In this document: positions 1 through 9,552 of the stretch, one piece after another
Layout of the letters: every line of letters begins with the position of its first letter
How positions within the stretch are numbered: the stretch's first letter is position 1
Origin: a virus
Lineage: Duplodnaviria; Caudoviricetes
Length of the DNA stretch: 51,842 nucleotides
Reading direction: 5' to 3' (one strand)
IMG/VR virus record: IMGVR_UViG_3300012953_000044
Coordinates: 1 to 51,842 of that record
The notes under the pieces: generated by a model
What the model saw: the letters and a program-made list of their open reading frames with translations, nothing else
Told to the model about the DNA's origin: nothing
The model's database searches: none
Program-made: the position numbers and the translations under genes

Positions 1-2
1 CC

Positions 3-203
3 AGCGATTCCTGGTTAAGTAAAAATGTTAGACCTATGGTATTAATATTTTTAGTTATATGTACAATGGTATTAATTTTTATTGATGCCGGAGCTATTCA
101 TTTTGCAGTAGAAGATAAGTGGACTGATTTATTACAAATAGTATTAATTACTGTAATAGGAGCTTATTTTGGGGGACGCTCAGTTGAAAAGCTTAAAAAA
201 TGA
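3..203 (+). CDS. Holin, 3-TM (GTA-holin-like), 5'-truncated by window edge
   Basis: Own translation SDSWLSKNVRPMVLIFLVIC...TVIGAYFGGRSVEKLKK*; hydrophobic helices with the SWLxKNVRP and YFGGRSxEK motifs; TGA overlaps next ATG (ATGA at 200-203). Confidence 0.75.
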   Translation, partial: SDSWLSKNVRPMVLIFLVICTMVLIFIDAGAIHFAVEDKWTDLLQIVLITVIGAYFGGRSVEKLKK

Positions 204-754
204 TTACCCCTCAATATGGTTATAATATAAAATCATGGGTTATTGACAACTTAGATTTTATAAAAAAACAACCAGATAGTAAACCTAAAGGACATAAAGG
301 TGTAGTGTTTGGGTTGAAAGAACTGCAACTCCCTCATAACAAGCGTTTGTTAGAAGAAAACGGATTTCCTTATAATGACCTTAAAGCTATCGAAGAGGAG
401 CTTGTAAATTACTATAAAATTCCTGTAGGAAAATATGCTTATTTAGGTATTATGTTAATGTACGCAGAAGATGGTTATAAATGCGCATGGCATACTGATA
501 CTACGGATGATCAAAACATATACACCACAAGATTTAATGTTTTATTGAGCAAGCCTGAAAAAGGGGGTGAACCTATCATTAAAAAAGGAGAAGAAAAAAT
601 AACTATTCCGGTTCAAGAAAACGAACCCTGGTTATGTATTGCGGGTAAATACGAGCATTCTACCGTTAAAACAAAAGGATCTACACCGCGTATTTTATTG
701 TCATTTGGCTACGATATCTCTAAAGTTTTATTAGAAAATATAGGGGAAAGATAA
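200..754 (+). CDS. 2OG-Fe(II) oxygenase-like protein
   Basis: HxD (WHTD), distal His (EHST) and RxxLS (PRILLSFG) in the DSBH spacing; RFNVLLSKPEKGG strand. Confidence 0.7.
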   Translation: MITPQYGYNIKSWVIDNLDFIKKQPDSKPKGHKGVVFGLKELQLPHNKRLLEENGFPYNDLKAIEEELVNYYKIPVGKYAYLGIMLMYAEDGYKCAWHTDTTDDQNIYTTRFNVLLSKPEKGGEPIIKKGEEKITIPVQENEPWLCIAGKYEHSTVKTKGSTPRILLSFGYDISKVLLENIGER

Positions 755-780
755 TTAAAATACATTCAATTGTTTTTTCT

Positions 781-788
781 TATCTTTG
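781..788 (+). promoter_or_regulatory. Bacteroidota-type -7 promoter box TATCTTTG
   Basis: Matches TAnnTTTG in intergenic gap 37 nt upstream of ATG 825; same box recurs before other late genes. Confidence 0.6.
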
Positions 789-824
789 CATCAATATTAA
801 TCCAATAAATTAAAATTAGAAATT

Positions 825-1094
825 ATGGAAAAAAAGATCGAAGCAAAAGAGTTAGAAAAACTTCAGGCGTTAACTGGAGAGTTTAACAAGTACAAAACTC
901 AATTAGGAGACATTACACTTCAAAAACACATGATATGTTTAGAGGTGGATAAGCTTAAAGGTGAGTTTACAGTATTAGAAAAAGAGTTAGCTGAGAAATA
1001 CGGAAAAGATTCTGTTATAAACTTAGAGACTGGAGAGGTTAAGCCTAAAGAAGCTGAAGTAGTACCTGAAGAAGAATCTGTAGAGAAAAAATAA
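825..1094 (+). CDS. Hypothetical small coiled-coil protein
   Basis: 89-aa ORF with A-rich leader TTAGAAATTATG; heptad-like L/E/K pattern. Confidence 0.7.
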   Translation: MEKKIEAKELEKLQALTGEFNKYKTQLGDITLQKHMICLEVDKLKGEFTVLEKELAEKYGKDSVINLETGEVKPKEAEVVPEEESVEKK

Positions 1095-1098
1095 ATTA

Positions 1099-1635
1099 AT
1101 GGCAAAGATTGAGAACACCACAGTTTATCCGATAAAAACCCCTCCATCGAATGATGATTACTTTGTAATTACGGATGTAGAGGATAGTAACGCAACTAAA
1201 AATTGTAAAATTGGGGATATCTCAGGATCCATTAATATTTTTGAAACACAGGTCACTGTACCTTCTGCAAATATACTTTTAATAGCGACCAATATGTTTA
1301 CCTTAATCACAGGTGTGCCGGGTAAATATATTGTTCCTATTAGTATTCTTGCTAAACTAAACTACGGAACAGTAGCGTACGATTTTGGTGTAAGTGACAA
1401 TATATGGCTTACCACCTCTAATGCGGGAGCTAATGGATGTGCTGCTATTTTAGGGAGTACTTTAAATAATAGTGCTGATAACACTACAATAGGGACAGGT
1501 AAGGGCTTGGCAAATGGAGGTTTTGCTGCCGGTGAAAGTTTAGTTCTATGGGGAGTGGGAGGTTTTTCAAACCCAACACAAGGCGACGGTACTTTAACTT
1601 TAAGTATACAGTATAGATTAGTACAGATAATATAA
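1099..1635 (+). CDS. Putative virion fibre/appendage protein
   Basis: N-terminal MAKIENTTVYP...DDYFVITDVEDSNATKN shared with next gene; beta-rich C-terminal domain. Confidence 0.6.
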   Translation: MAKIENTTVYPIKTPPSNDDYFVITDVEDSNATKNCKIGDISGSINIFETQVTVPSANILLIATNMFTLITGVPGKYIVPISILAKLNYGTVAYDFGVSDNIWLTTSNAGANGCAAILGSTLNNSADNTTIGTGKGLANGGFAAGESLVLWGVGGFSNPTQGDGTLTLSIQYRLVQII

Positions 1636-1642
1636 AGAAGAT

Positions 1643-4600
1643 ATGGCTAAAATTGAAAACATTAAAGTATATCCTACCGTAACACCCTCGGCGGATGATT
1701 TACTAATAGCAACAGATGTTAGCGATAACAATAAGACGGTAACATTTACCGTTGGAAGTATAGGTGGTGGAGCTGGAATATTACAAGGATTGCAATCAGT
1801 TTTAGATGTAAATAATGTTGCTACAGGAAAAGATATTCTATTAACAGGAAATATTAATGCTTTCGGAGGATACATGAATGCTGATCAGTATCACATTAAT
1901 GGTTCTCCAGGGTTAGCAGGTCAAGTATTAACTTCAGGAGGTCCATCTGGAAGTGCAACCTGGTCCACTCCTTCAGGTGGTAGTAGTTGTTGTAATATAC
2001 AAAATACTTTAGCTGTTGGTGATACTACGCAGCTTTCTTTGATAATGAATGGAGCAGGGGAGCAGTTAAGTATAAGTGGAGGTACCAATTTTAATGTAGG
2101 GAGTGGCTCTGATATAAATATGACGGGAGGCTCCGATATGTATTTAGGAGCAGGATCATCATTGAATTTTAATGCCACAGCAACTTTACAAGATGGCACA
2201 GGGAGTGAAGGACTGGCAGGACAAATATTAACAGTAAACGCAGCAGGAACAGGATTAGAATGGACAACAGGGCTACCAGGAGGATCAACTCCTTCATGGC
2301 AACAAACATTACAAGTTGGTAATACAGCTAATAATATATCTGTAAATTTAACTACAGCGCCTTTAAATCTTGACGCTACATCTCCAATAAATTCAGCGGG
2401 GGTTAATAATTTTACAGGCAACACAACCTTTACTTACCAAGGATCTGCTGTTCCCGCTATAATAATGGAAGGAGCAATACAGGATTCTTTAGGTAATACA
2501 GGGGGTCCTAAACAAGTTTTAAGTCCCTCTTTAACAGACCCAGGGAAACTTGAATGGGTAAATCAATCAGGGAGTAATAATTTACAATCTACATTAGATA
2601 ATGGTAATTCAGCTATTCAAGACATTATATTACAAGGAAGTATTGATTTAACATATGGGCCTGGTAATGGAGAATTAATATTAGGAGGTAATGTGCAGAT
2701 TAATGCTAATTCTTCTACCGGAACAGTTGGTCAATTTTTAACCGCAACAGCTACAGGTGTAGAATGGACTACGTTTACTCCTGGAAATCCTAATTTACAA
2801 ACCGTATTAGACGCAGGAAATACAGCAGATCAAAACATCACATTAACAGGTGTGGGTAATAATATTACCTCAGACATAATGAGTCCTAACTCTATAAATG
2901 TTACTAATGGTACCGGAGGCACGAATCAAATTCTTCAATCTAATAACGGTGTTTTATCTTGGGTAGCTAATACAGCTACCGGGATGAATAACTGGTTGTT
3001 TGAAGGGGATACAGGAGCACAACAAGTAATAACAGATGGAGCTTTAGTTCAGTTTTTAGGAGATAATACAGCAATAAGTACTCAGTCTACCTCTTTAGAC
3101 GTATTAAATATTAGTCATGATCTTTTTGGTACTGCAGGAACATATGCATTTCCATCGTCAATAACCACTAATACAACTGGTCATATTACAAGTATAACAA
3201 CAGGGACAGCTCCTACTTCTTATACTTTGGGATCTCAGCCTTCCGGACCAAGTAATGTAGAATTAGATTTAACAGATAGTTTAGGAGGGGTAAGCACAGT
3301 AACTTTAGTTGCTGGAGCTAATGTAACTTTAGCGGATAACGGAAGTAATCAGATTACAATATCTGCGGCATCGGCTTCTGGAATGACTAACTTCTTTATA
3401 GTATCAGATTCTGGAACAGGATCTAAACAAAGTGTTACTGATGGAATTGATTATTTGTTTGAAGGAGGTACTTATTTAACTACTTTCCAAACAGGAGGTA
3501 CTCCAAATACCCTTACTATTAATCATGACGCTACTACAAGGACTGATACTACCTCTTCTTCCTCTCCAGCTTTTGGAGGTACGTTTACAGTTATAGATAC
3601 AATGACTTCAAATGCTACAGGTCATGTTACGGATGTAAACACTAAAACAATAACCTTACCAGCATCATCCGGAGTGACATCAATTTCAGTATCAGATGGG
3701 TTATATTCGGCTCCCAACCCAATAATAAATACAGGGAATATACAAGTAGATTATTTAACAACGGACAATGTAGTATTATCCGCAGCTGCGTGGGCTGGTA
3801 TGGCAATAGATGATTTGGATACAATGCTTATTAATGATGCTACAACTGATACTGTTAAATATATAAGTATAGCAGATCTAAAAGTTGTTTTTGCAGTAGG
3901 AACAGTAACTACATTTAGCGCTCAAATTAATGGTAATGCGCTTACAGAATCTGTTACTAATCCAACTACTACTCCAGACTTGGTTCTTGCATGGGCAGGA
4001 TCGGCTTCACAATATGTAAATGGAGCGGGGGATTTAATTAATATATCTACTCTTGCAAACACAACATATGATTTAAGTTCTGTTCAAAACGGAGCTGATG
4101 CTGATATAAAATTAATTGGGTCAGACGCTACAACAGATATAGTTAAAATTGAAGCGGGTAATAATATTACTATTACCGATACAGGGAGTAATATAAAAAT
4201 TGACGCTTCAGCCTCTTCAGGACTTACATCATTTACTTTAGATGGTAATACTGGCTCTCAACAGACAATAGACAATACTAACCCAAATATGACTGTTTTG
4301 GGAGGTACAAATCTTAACTCTGTAATGTCCGCTACTAATACAGTTACTGTAGATCATAACAATCAATCAAGAACCGATACTCCTACAACATTAACCCCAA
4401 GTGCAGGTAGTGTAATTCCTATTGTAACGGCAGTTACTTCGAGTGCTACGGGTCATGTTACAGGAACAGATGTAAAAACTATAACCTGGCCATTATCAGT
4501 AACTTCGGTAGGATTATCATATGTTACCACGGGAGGCTCTTCAGTTGCTGGTTCATCCGCATTTACAGTAAGTTCATCTCCAATTACAGGGTCGGGAACT

Positions 4601-7600
4601 ATTAGTTTAACCTCGACTGGAACCGGTGCTCAATATATTGATGGTGAAGGTAAGTTAAAGGATTTCCCTACCATCCCTACAGTACCAGCTTATACTTTAA
4701 GTACCTTACAAAACGGTGCAACCGTTGAGATAGATTTAAACGCAGATGGAACATCAGTATCACAAATTGATTTAGTAGGAGGAACAAATATTAATGTTAC
4801 TAAGAGCTTAACTAACACTATCACTATTGATATGGCCGGAACCATAGGGACGGTTACAAACGTAAGTTCTTCCCATGCGGGTACTGCATTTGCAGTAACA
4901 GTTACTAATCCTACCACAACGCCAGATATAGATATTACTATGGCGGGTAATGCCTCTCAATATATTAATGGGGCGGGTGATTTAGTTAATATATCTACCC
5001 TTCCTAACACCACATATGATTTAACAGTACCAACAGCAACTACCGATATTCGATTAGCAGGTAGTGACGGTACTAATGATGATGTTACTATAACAGGTGG
5101 TGCTAACGTAACTGTAACCAGAGTTAGTGCTACTGAATTAAGTATAGCTGCTGCTGCTGGAACAGGATTAAGTTCATTCACTTTAGATGGAGACAGTGGC
5201 GCTCAACAAACGGTAGACGCAGCTAATCCTGATATGAATATATTAGGAGGACTTGTAATTTCTTCAGTAGCCTCAGGCACAAACAACATTACATTAAATC
5301 ATGACAATGTTACACGAACTAATACTTTTGCAGGGACGGTTGCTCCAGGGTCTGGGGGAACAATAGATGTAATAACATCATTCACTTCAACGTCTCAAGG
5401 GCATATAGATGAAGTAGTAACAACTACTCTTGAGTTGCCAGCAGTTGGAGGAACAGTAACCAGTGTAGGTTTAGCAGCACCATCTGCATTTACAGTTACT
5501 AATTCTCCGGTAACAACTTCAGGAACATTAACATTGGCTGGAGCAGGAACGACTGCCCAATATATCGATGGAACAGGGGCTTTACAAACTTTCCCTCCTA
5601 TTGATAATACTACATATACATATGGTTCTGCACAGCAAGGTTCTAATGTAGAGTTAGATTTAACAAGTAGTGCAGGATTAGTTGATATAGTAACATTAGT
5701 AGCAGGGACAGGAATTACATTAACAGACAGTGGTACTTCTCAAGTAACTATTGCAGGAACTTTAGGAACAGTAACATCTGTAGGAGCAGCATATAGTAAT
5801 GCAGGAGGTACAGGAAGTGCGGGAGCTGCAGCATTTACAGTTGGAGTAACTAACCCAACTTCTACCCCAATTATTACATTAACAGGAGATGGATCGTCAG
5901 CACAGTATATCGATGGTACTGGATCTTTAGTAACCTTCCCTACTATAAATAATACTACTTATGATTTAACAACTGCTCCGACGGGAACAGCAATTAGACT
6001 CACAGGTACCGATGGTACTAATGATGATGTAACTTTAACAGGAGGGACAAATGTTACAATAACACGAACAAGCGCATCTGAGTTAACTATAGACGCTTCA
6101 GCAGGCACTGGTCTATCTTCATTCCAGTTTGTTGGTAATCAAGCGGGAAGTACTACAGAGACAGTAGATACTACAAACAACTTAATTGAGTTTAACGCTG
6201 GTGCGGTAATGGCAGTTCAGTCATCAAGTACTAACAAATTAACAATCGCACATGCTGGGGTTCCATCTAATCAGAATACACTTCCAGCTGTATCTCCTTC
6301 CCCAGGTACATCTGTTAGTTTAGTTACAGGTGTTACAGTATCTCCTTATGGTCACGTGACGGACGTAGATACTACACCGGTTAATTGGCCATCAGCATCA
6401 GGACAAGTAGATTCAGTAGGATATACTTATACTACCCCAGGTCCGCAAACAGCAGTTGCTGGAGATCCTGCATTTGTAGCTTCAGTAGGAGGAACAGCTA
6501 TAAATCCAATTTTAGATCTTGAAGCGCAAGGTAAAGGTGCAGCACAGTTTATAGATGGTAGTGGGATATTACAGGACTTCCCAGCTATACCAACGCAATG
6601 GTCAGGCTGGATTGCTGATGCAGATGTAAACACATCTCCTGCTTGGACTATCAATAATGCGACTACTCTTAAATTTGTCGGAGAGGTAACAACTGGGGGT
6701 GCAGGAATAGTAACTTCTACAATTCCAAATACTGAATTACAAATTGGATTAATAAATAATGGTGGAACACCAAGTGCCACTACATTCTACAATGGAGCTG
6801 GACAGTGGGCTACACCAACGGGTAATATTTATACTATAGGTGGTGGGAATATTAATACTGGTAATACTAATACCTTTATCAAACTTGAGGAAAATGGATT
6901 CCCTACCAGTAGTTCCAAAATAACAGGAACAGGGGGAACTACGGTATCTTACGATTATAATCTTAACACTTTTACTATTGATAGTTCTACAGGATCAGCT
7001 ACTAACTTTAAGGTACAAGGTAGTACAGGATCAACCGTTACCATAACACAGAATGACACCTTATCACTTTTAGCGGGAACTGGAATATCTACAGTATCAG
7101 CTTCAGGAACAGACTCAGTAACCATAGCTAACACAGGAGTTACGTCGCTTGTGGCTGGATCAGGAATAAGTTTAAGTGGAAGTACGGGTGCGGTAACTGT
7201 GACAGCTACAGCGTCTAAACAGTCGGGTATATTTTTAACAGAAAATTATAACTTCTGCGGTGCAGCATGGTCTGAGCGCTATACTAATGCGCCAAGCAGT
7301 TGGACAGGGATTACCGCACGTGCTCCAAGATTCTGGAACGCAAGACCAGATGCTGATTGTGTAAACGACACATCATTTTTGGCGGATGATTATTCTTGGT
7401 GGACTTCTACGCTACAATATCCTTCTAATCTCCAACTGGTAACTGGGCAGGAAGGGGGTATCAATTCGCCTATATGGGCTTGTCCTCATGTAACTGGCAC
7501 ATGGACAGCAGACGTACAAGCTTTTTCTATTACTTTTTCTGCTAATATTATTGGAAATACTTATGGAAATCTGGGTTTTATAGATGTACTCTTAGCAAAA

Positions 7601-7894
7601 GGAAAGCCTTGTGGAGACTCAACTGGTATAAATACAGAGTATGAGATAATGGGGAACTGTACCGTTCCGTATAACCCAGCAGCTCCAGGAAATGCCAACG
7701 GGAATCAAAGGGTGGCTTATTGTTGTGCATCTGACATTAGTAAATGGACTACAACGACGGTAAAAGCAGGTGAGGCATTGTATATATTTCTTCTATTTAG
7801 AACTTCCGGTGGTAGTATGGCAACTCTTGCTACAACCAGTCCAGGATCAAATGTTCTCCGATTTACTGGACAAGCCAGAGTACACTTAGCATAA
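1643..7894 (+). CDS. Long repeat-rich tail fibre / virion appendage protein (2083 aa)
   Basis: G/T/S-rich; repeated LQxxLDxGN, GH(V/I)T, QYI(D/N)GxG, TTYDL and VTLxxGxN(V/I)T modules; Cys/Trp-rich C-terminal head domain. Confidence 0.75.
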   Translation: MAKIENIKVYPTVTPSADDLLIATDVSDNNKTVTFTVGSIGGGAGILQGLQSVLDVNNVATGKDILLTGNINAFGGYMNADQYHINGSPGLAGQVLTSGGPSGSATWSTPSGGSSCCNIQNTLAVGDTTQLSLIMNGAGEQLSISGGTNFNVGSGSDINMTGGSDMYLGAGSSLNFNATATLQDGTGSEGLAGQILTVNAAGTGLEWTTGLPGGSTPSWQQTLQVGNTANNISVNLTTAPLNLDATSPINSAGVNNFTGNTTFTYQGSAVPAIIMEGAIQDSLGNTGGPKQVLSPSLTDPGKLEWVNQSGSNNLQSTLDNGNSAIQDIILQGSIDLTYGPGNGELILGGNVQINANSSTGTVGQFLTATATGVEWTTFTPGNPNLQTVLDAGNTADQNITLTGVGNNITSDIMSPNSINVTNGTGGTNQILQSNNGVLSWVANTATGMNNWLFEGDTGAQQVITDGALVQFLGDNTAISTQSTSLDVLNISHDLFGTAGTYAFPSSITTNTTGHITSITTGTAPTSYTLGSQPSGPSNVELDLTDSLGGVSTVTLVAGANVTLADNGSNQITISAASASGMTNFFIVSDSGTGSKQSVTDGIDYLFEGGTYLTTFQTGGTPNTLTINHDATTRTDTTSSSSPAFGGTFTVIDTMTSNATGHVTDVNTKTITLPASSGVTSISVSDGLYSAPNPIINTGNIQVDYLTTDNVVLSAAAWAGMAIDDLDTMLINDATTDTVKYISIADLKVVFAVGTVTTFSAQINGNALTESVTNPTTTPDLVLAWAGSASQYVNGAGDLINISTLANTTYDLSSVQNGADADIKLIGSDATTDIVKIEAGNNITITDTGSNIKIDASASSGLTSFTLDGNTGSQQTIDNTNPNMTVLGGTNLNSVMSATNTVTVDHNNQSRTDTPTTLTPSAGSVIPIVTAVTSSATGHVTGTDVKTITWPLSVTSVGLSYVTTGGSSVAGSSAFTVSSSPITGSGTISLTSTGTGAQYIDGEGKLKDFPTIPTVPAYTLSTLQNGATVEIDLNADGTSVSQIDLVGGTNINVTKSLTNTITIDMAGTIGTVTNVSSSHAGTAFAVTVTNPTTTPDIDITMAGNASQYINGAGDLVNISTLPNTTYDLTVPTATTDIRLAGSDGTNDDVTITGGANVTVTRVSATELSIAAAAGTGLSSFTLDGDSGAQQTVDAANPDMNILGGLVISSVASGTNNITLNHDNVTRTNTFAGTVAPGSGGTIDVITSFTSTSQGHIDEVVTTTLELPAVGGTVTSVGLAAPSAFTVTNSPVTTSGTLTLAGAGTTAQYIDGTGALQTFPPIDNTTYTYGSAQQGSNVELDLTSSAGLVDIVTLVAGTGITLTDSGTSQVTIAGTLGTVTSVGAAYSNAGGTGSAGAAAFTVGVTNPTSTPIITLTGDGSSAQYIDGTGSLVTFPTINNTTYDLTTAPTGTAIRLTGTDGTNDDVTLTGGTNVTITRTSASELTIDASAGTGLSSFQFVGNQAGSTTETVDTTNNLIEFNAGAVMAVQSSSTNKLTIAHAGVPSNQNTLPAVSPSPGTSVSLVTGVTVSPYGHVTDVDTTPVNWPSASGQVDSVGYTYTTPGPQTAVAGDPAFVASVGGTAINPILDLEAQGKGAAQFIDGSGILQDFPAIPTQWSGWIADADVNTSPAWTINNATTLKFVGEVTTGGAGIVTSTIPNTELQIGLINNGGTPSATTFYNGAGQWATPTGNIYTIGGGNINTGNTNTFIKLEENGFPTSSSKITGTGGTTVSYDYNLNTFTIDSSTGSATNFKVQGSTGSTVTITQNDTLSLLAGTGISTVSASGTDSVTIANTGVTSLVAGSGISLSGSTGAVTVTATASKQSGIFLTENYNFCGAAWSERYTNAPSSWTGITARAPRFWNARPDADCVNDTSFLADDYSWWTSTLQYPSNLQLVTGQEGGINSPIWACPHVTGTWTADVQAFSITFSANIIGNTYGNLGFIDVLLAKGKPCGDSTGINTEYEIMGNCTVPYNPAAPGNANGNQRVAYCCASDISKWTTTTVKAGEALYIFLLFRTSGGSMATLATTSPGSNVLRFTGQARVHLA

Positions 7895-7919
7895 AAAATT
7901 AAATTAAAAATAAAATGAA

Positions 7920-8138
7920 ATGGACATTAGAAAGATATCAATTGGCTCGGATTATAAGTCTGGAGCTATGCACTACATACAAGGGCAAGAAGTATTAGGA
8001 GGTAAGTATACTATACACCTTATTCAGTCTCAAGAAAACTCTTATCGTATTTGGGTACAAAAAGGGGATGAACTTTTTGTGTGGAAAGAGTTTTTAAATA
8101 CACTTCCAATTTCATTAGAATATAATATTAACTTTTAA
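7920..8138 (+). CDS. Hypothetical protein
   Basis: 72-aa ORF, translationally coupled (TAATG) to the GroES-like gene. Confidence 0.7.
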   Translation: MDIRKISIGSDYKSGAMHYIQGQEVLGGKYTIHLIQSQENSYRIWVQKGDELFVWKEFLNTLPISLEYNINF

Positions 8139-8701
8139 TGAAGTCACCATATTGTTTTATTGTTACACCAGTAGACGATAGAAGGTATGATAACATAAAA
8201 GAAATATCTGGAATTAAATTTATTACCAGTGTCTCTGAAGAAGATCATACCGCCTCTAACCGTTTTGCTATTGTTGTAGAGACTCCTATTCATTATAGCG
8301 GTCCTATTAAAAAAGGAGACACTTTATTAGTTCACCATAATGTGTTTAAGTTTTACAATGACATGAAGGGTCGTCAAAAAAGCGGAAGAAGCTATTTAAA
8401 AGATAATTTATTTTTAGTAGACAATGACCAATTTTTTATGTATAAACAAAATAATAAATGGCATGCGTGGGGTAAATATTGTTTTGTAAAACCTGTTTCT
8501 ATAAAAGAATCTTATATTTTTAAGCCAGGTGGTGAAGAGCCTTTATTTGGAGTAATGAAATATATAAATGAAGAACTACTTGATTTAGGAGTAAAAGAAG
8601 GGGATCAAGTTTCTTTTGTTCCAGAAAGTGAATACCCTTTTTTTATAGACGGAGAAAAGCTTTATAGAATGTTTACCAGTCATATAACTTTTATCGCATG
8701 A
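8138..8701 (+). CDS. GroES-like co-chaperonin with two tandem GroES-type domains
   Basis: Two units FIVTP...AIVVETP...IKKGDTLLV and CFVKP...GVMKY...VKEGDQVSF...IDGEKLYRM resembling GroES VKxGDxV and xDGExY motifs. Confidence 0.6.
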   Translation: MKSPYCFIVTPVDDRRYDNIKEISGIKFITSVSEEDHTASNRFAIVVETPIHYSGPIKKGDTLLVHHNVFKFYNDMKGRQKSGRSYLKDNLFLVDNDQFFMYKQNNKWHAWGKYCFVKPVSIKESYIFKPGGEEPLFGVMKYINEELLDLGVKEGDQVSFVPESEYPFFIDGEKLYRMFTSHITFIA

Positions 8702-9270
8702 TACATATAATAGATGACTTTATAGAACCTGAATTATTTAAGATAGCAACTAATTATCTTAATAAAGGAGAATTTATAAAACATACTGTGGGAGATAAAG
8801 ATTTTTACACTCAAGAATCTCCAGAATCGTTTAATAATTACGTTTTAACAAAGCTATCGTCAGTAGAGGGTAGACCTTTAGAAAATATATTAAGCTTCTT
8901 TAGAGTGTCTACAAATAGCTTAGATTGTAATTGGAGAATTCATTCTGATTTAAATATTAAAGGACAGAAGCCTGATAGGGCTATTGTTTTATATATGTCT
9001 CCACGAGAATTAGAAGAACTGCACGGAACAGCTTTTTGGGAGCATGAAGTGTATGGTAAAAGTTTACCTAAACATATAACAGATAAAGAATATGATCGTA
9101 TGATACGAGTAGATGCAGAAGAGTTGGATATGTGGAGGCTTTCATCTGTAGCTGGTTACGAACAAAATAGGATTGTATCTTATCCTGCAAGTTATTTTCA
9201 TAGTAAATACCCTAACAAGTCTTGGAAAGCGGGAAGGCAAGTTTTTGTAATGTTTTATAAATATAAATAA
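8698..9270 (+). CDS. 2OG-Fe(II) oxygenase (DUF6445-like)
   Basis: IIDDF start, IHSD, VLYMSP, GTAFW, NRIVSYPASYFHS, RQVFVMF motifs. Confidence 0.75.
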   Translation: MIHIIDDFIEPELFKIATNYLNKGEFIKHTVGDKDFYTQESPESFNNYVLTKLSSVEGRPLENILSFFRVSTNSLDCNWRIHSDLNIKGQKPDRAIVLYMSPRELEELHGTAFWEHEVYGKSLPKHITDKEYDRMIRVDAEELDMWRLSSVAGYEQNRIVSYPASYFHSKYPNKSWKAGRQVFVMFYKYK

Positions 9271-9273
9271 AAG

Positions 9274-9552
9274 ATGGATATAAGAGGTCTTAAGGAAAAT
9301 ATAATACTGGCAGCTGAGAAGGCTGTAAAACAATTAGTTAAGGTGGCTAAAGAGGATATTATCAAATACGATAAAGATGATGAGTTAGCCGCTGATAGAT
9401 TAAAAAACGCAGCAGCTACTAAAAAATTAGCCATATTTGATGCTTTTGAAATATTAAAAAGAATTGAAGAAGAGCGCGCAATGTTAGATGGTAATATTGC
9501 TGATAAAAAAACCAATACACTAAAAGGATTTGCAGAGTCAAGATCAAAATAA
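9274..9552 (+). CDS. Putative terminase small subunit
   Basis: Small helical protein immediately upstream of and overlapping terminase large subunit; function from position only. Confidence 0.45.
   Translation: MDIRGLKENIILAAEKAVKQLVKVAKEDIIKYDKDDELAADRLKNAAATKKLAIFDAFEILKRIEEERAMLDGNIADKKTNTLKGFAESRSK

Noticed and set aside
920-6780. Minus-strand ORFs opposite the fibre genes (920, 1618, 1921, 3642, 4690, 4957, 6427)
   Set aside because: Antisense shadows of G/T/S-rich coding sequence with no independent motifs
1643-7894. Diversity-generating retroelement target
   Set aside because: No reverse transcriptase and no near-identical repeat pair differing only at adenines was seen in the window
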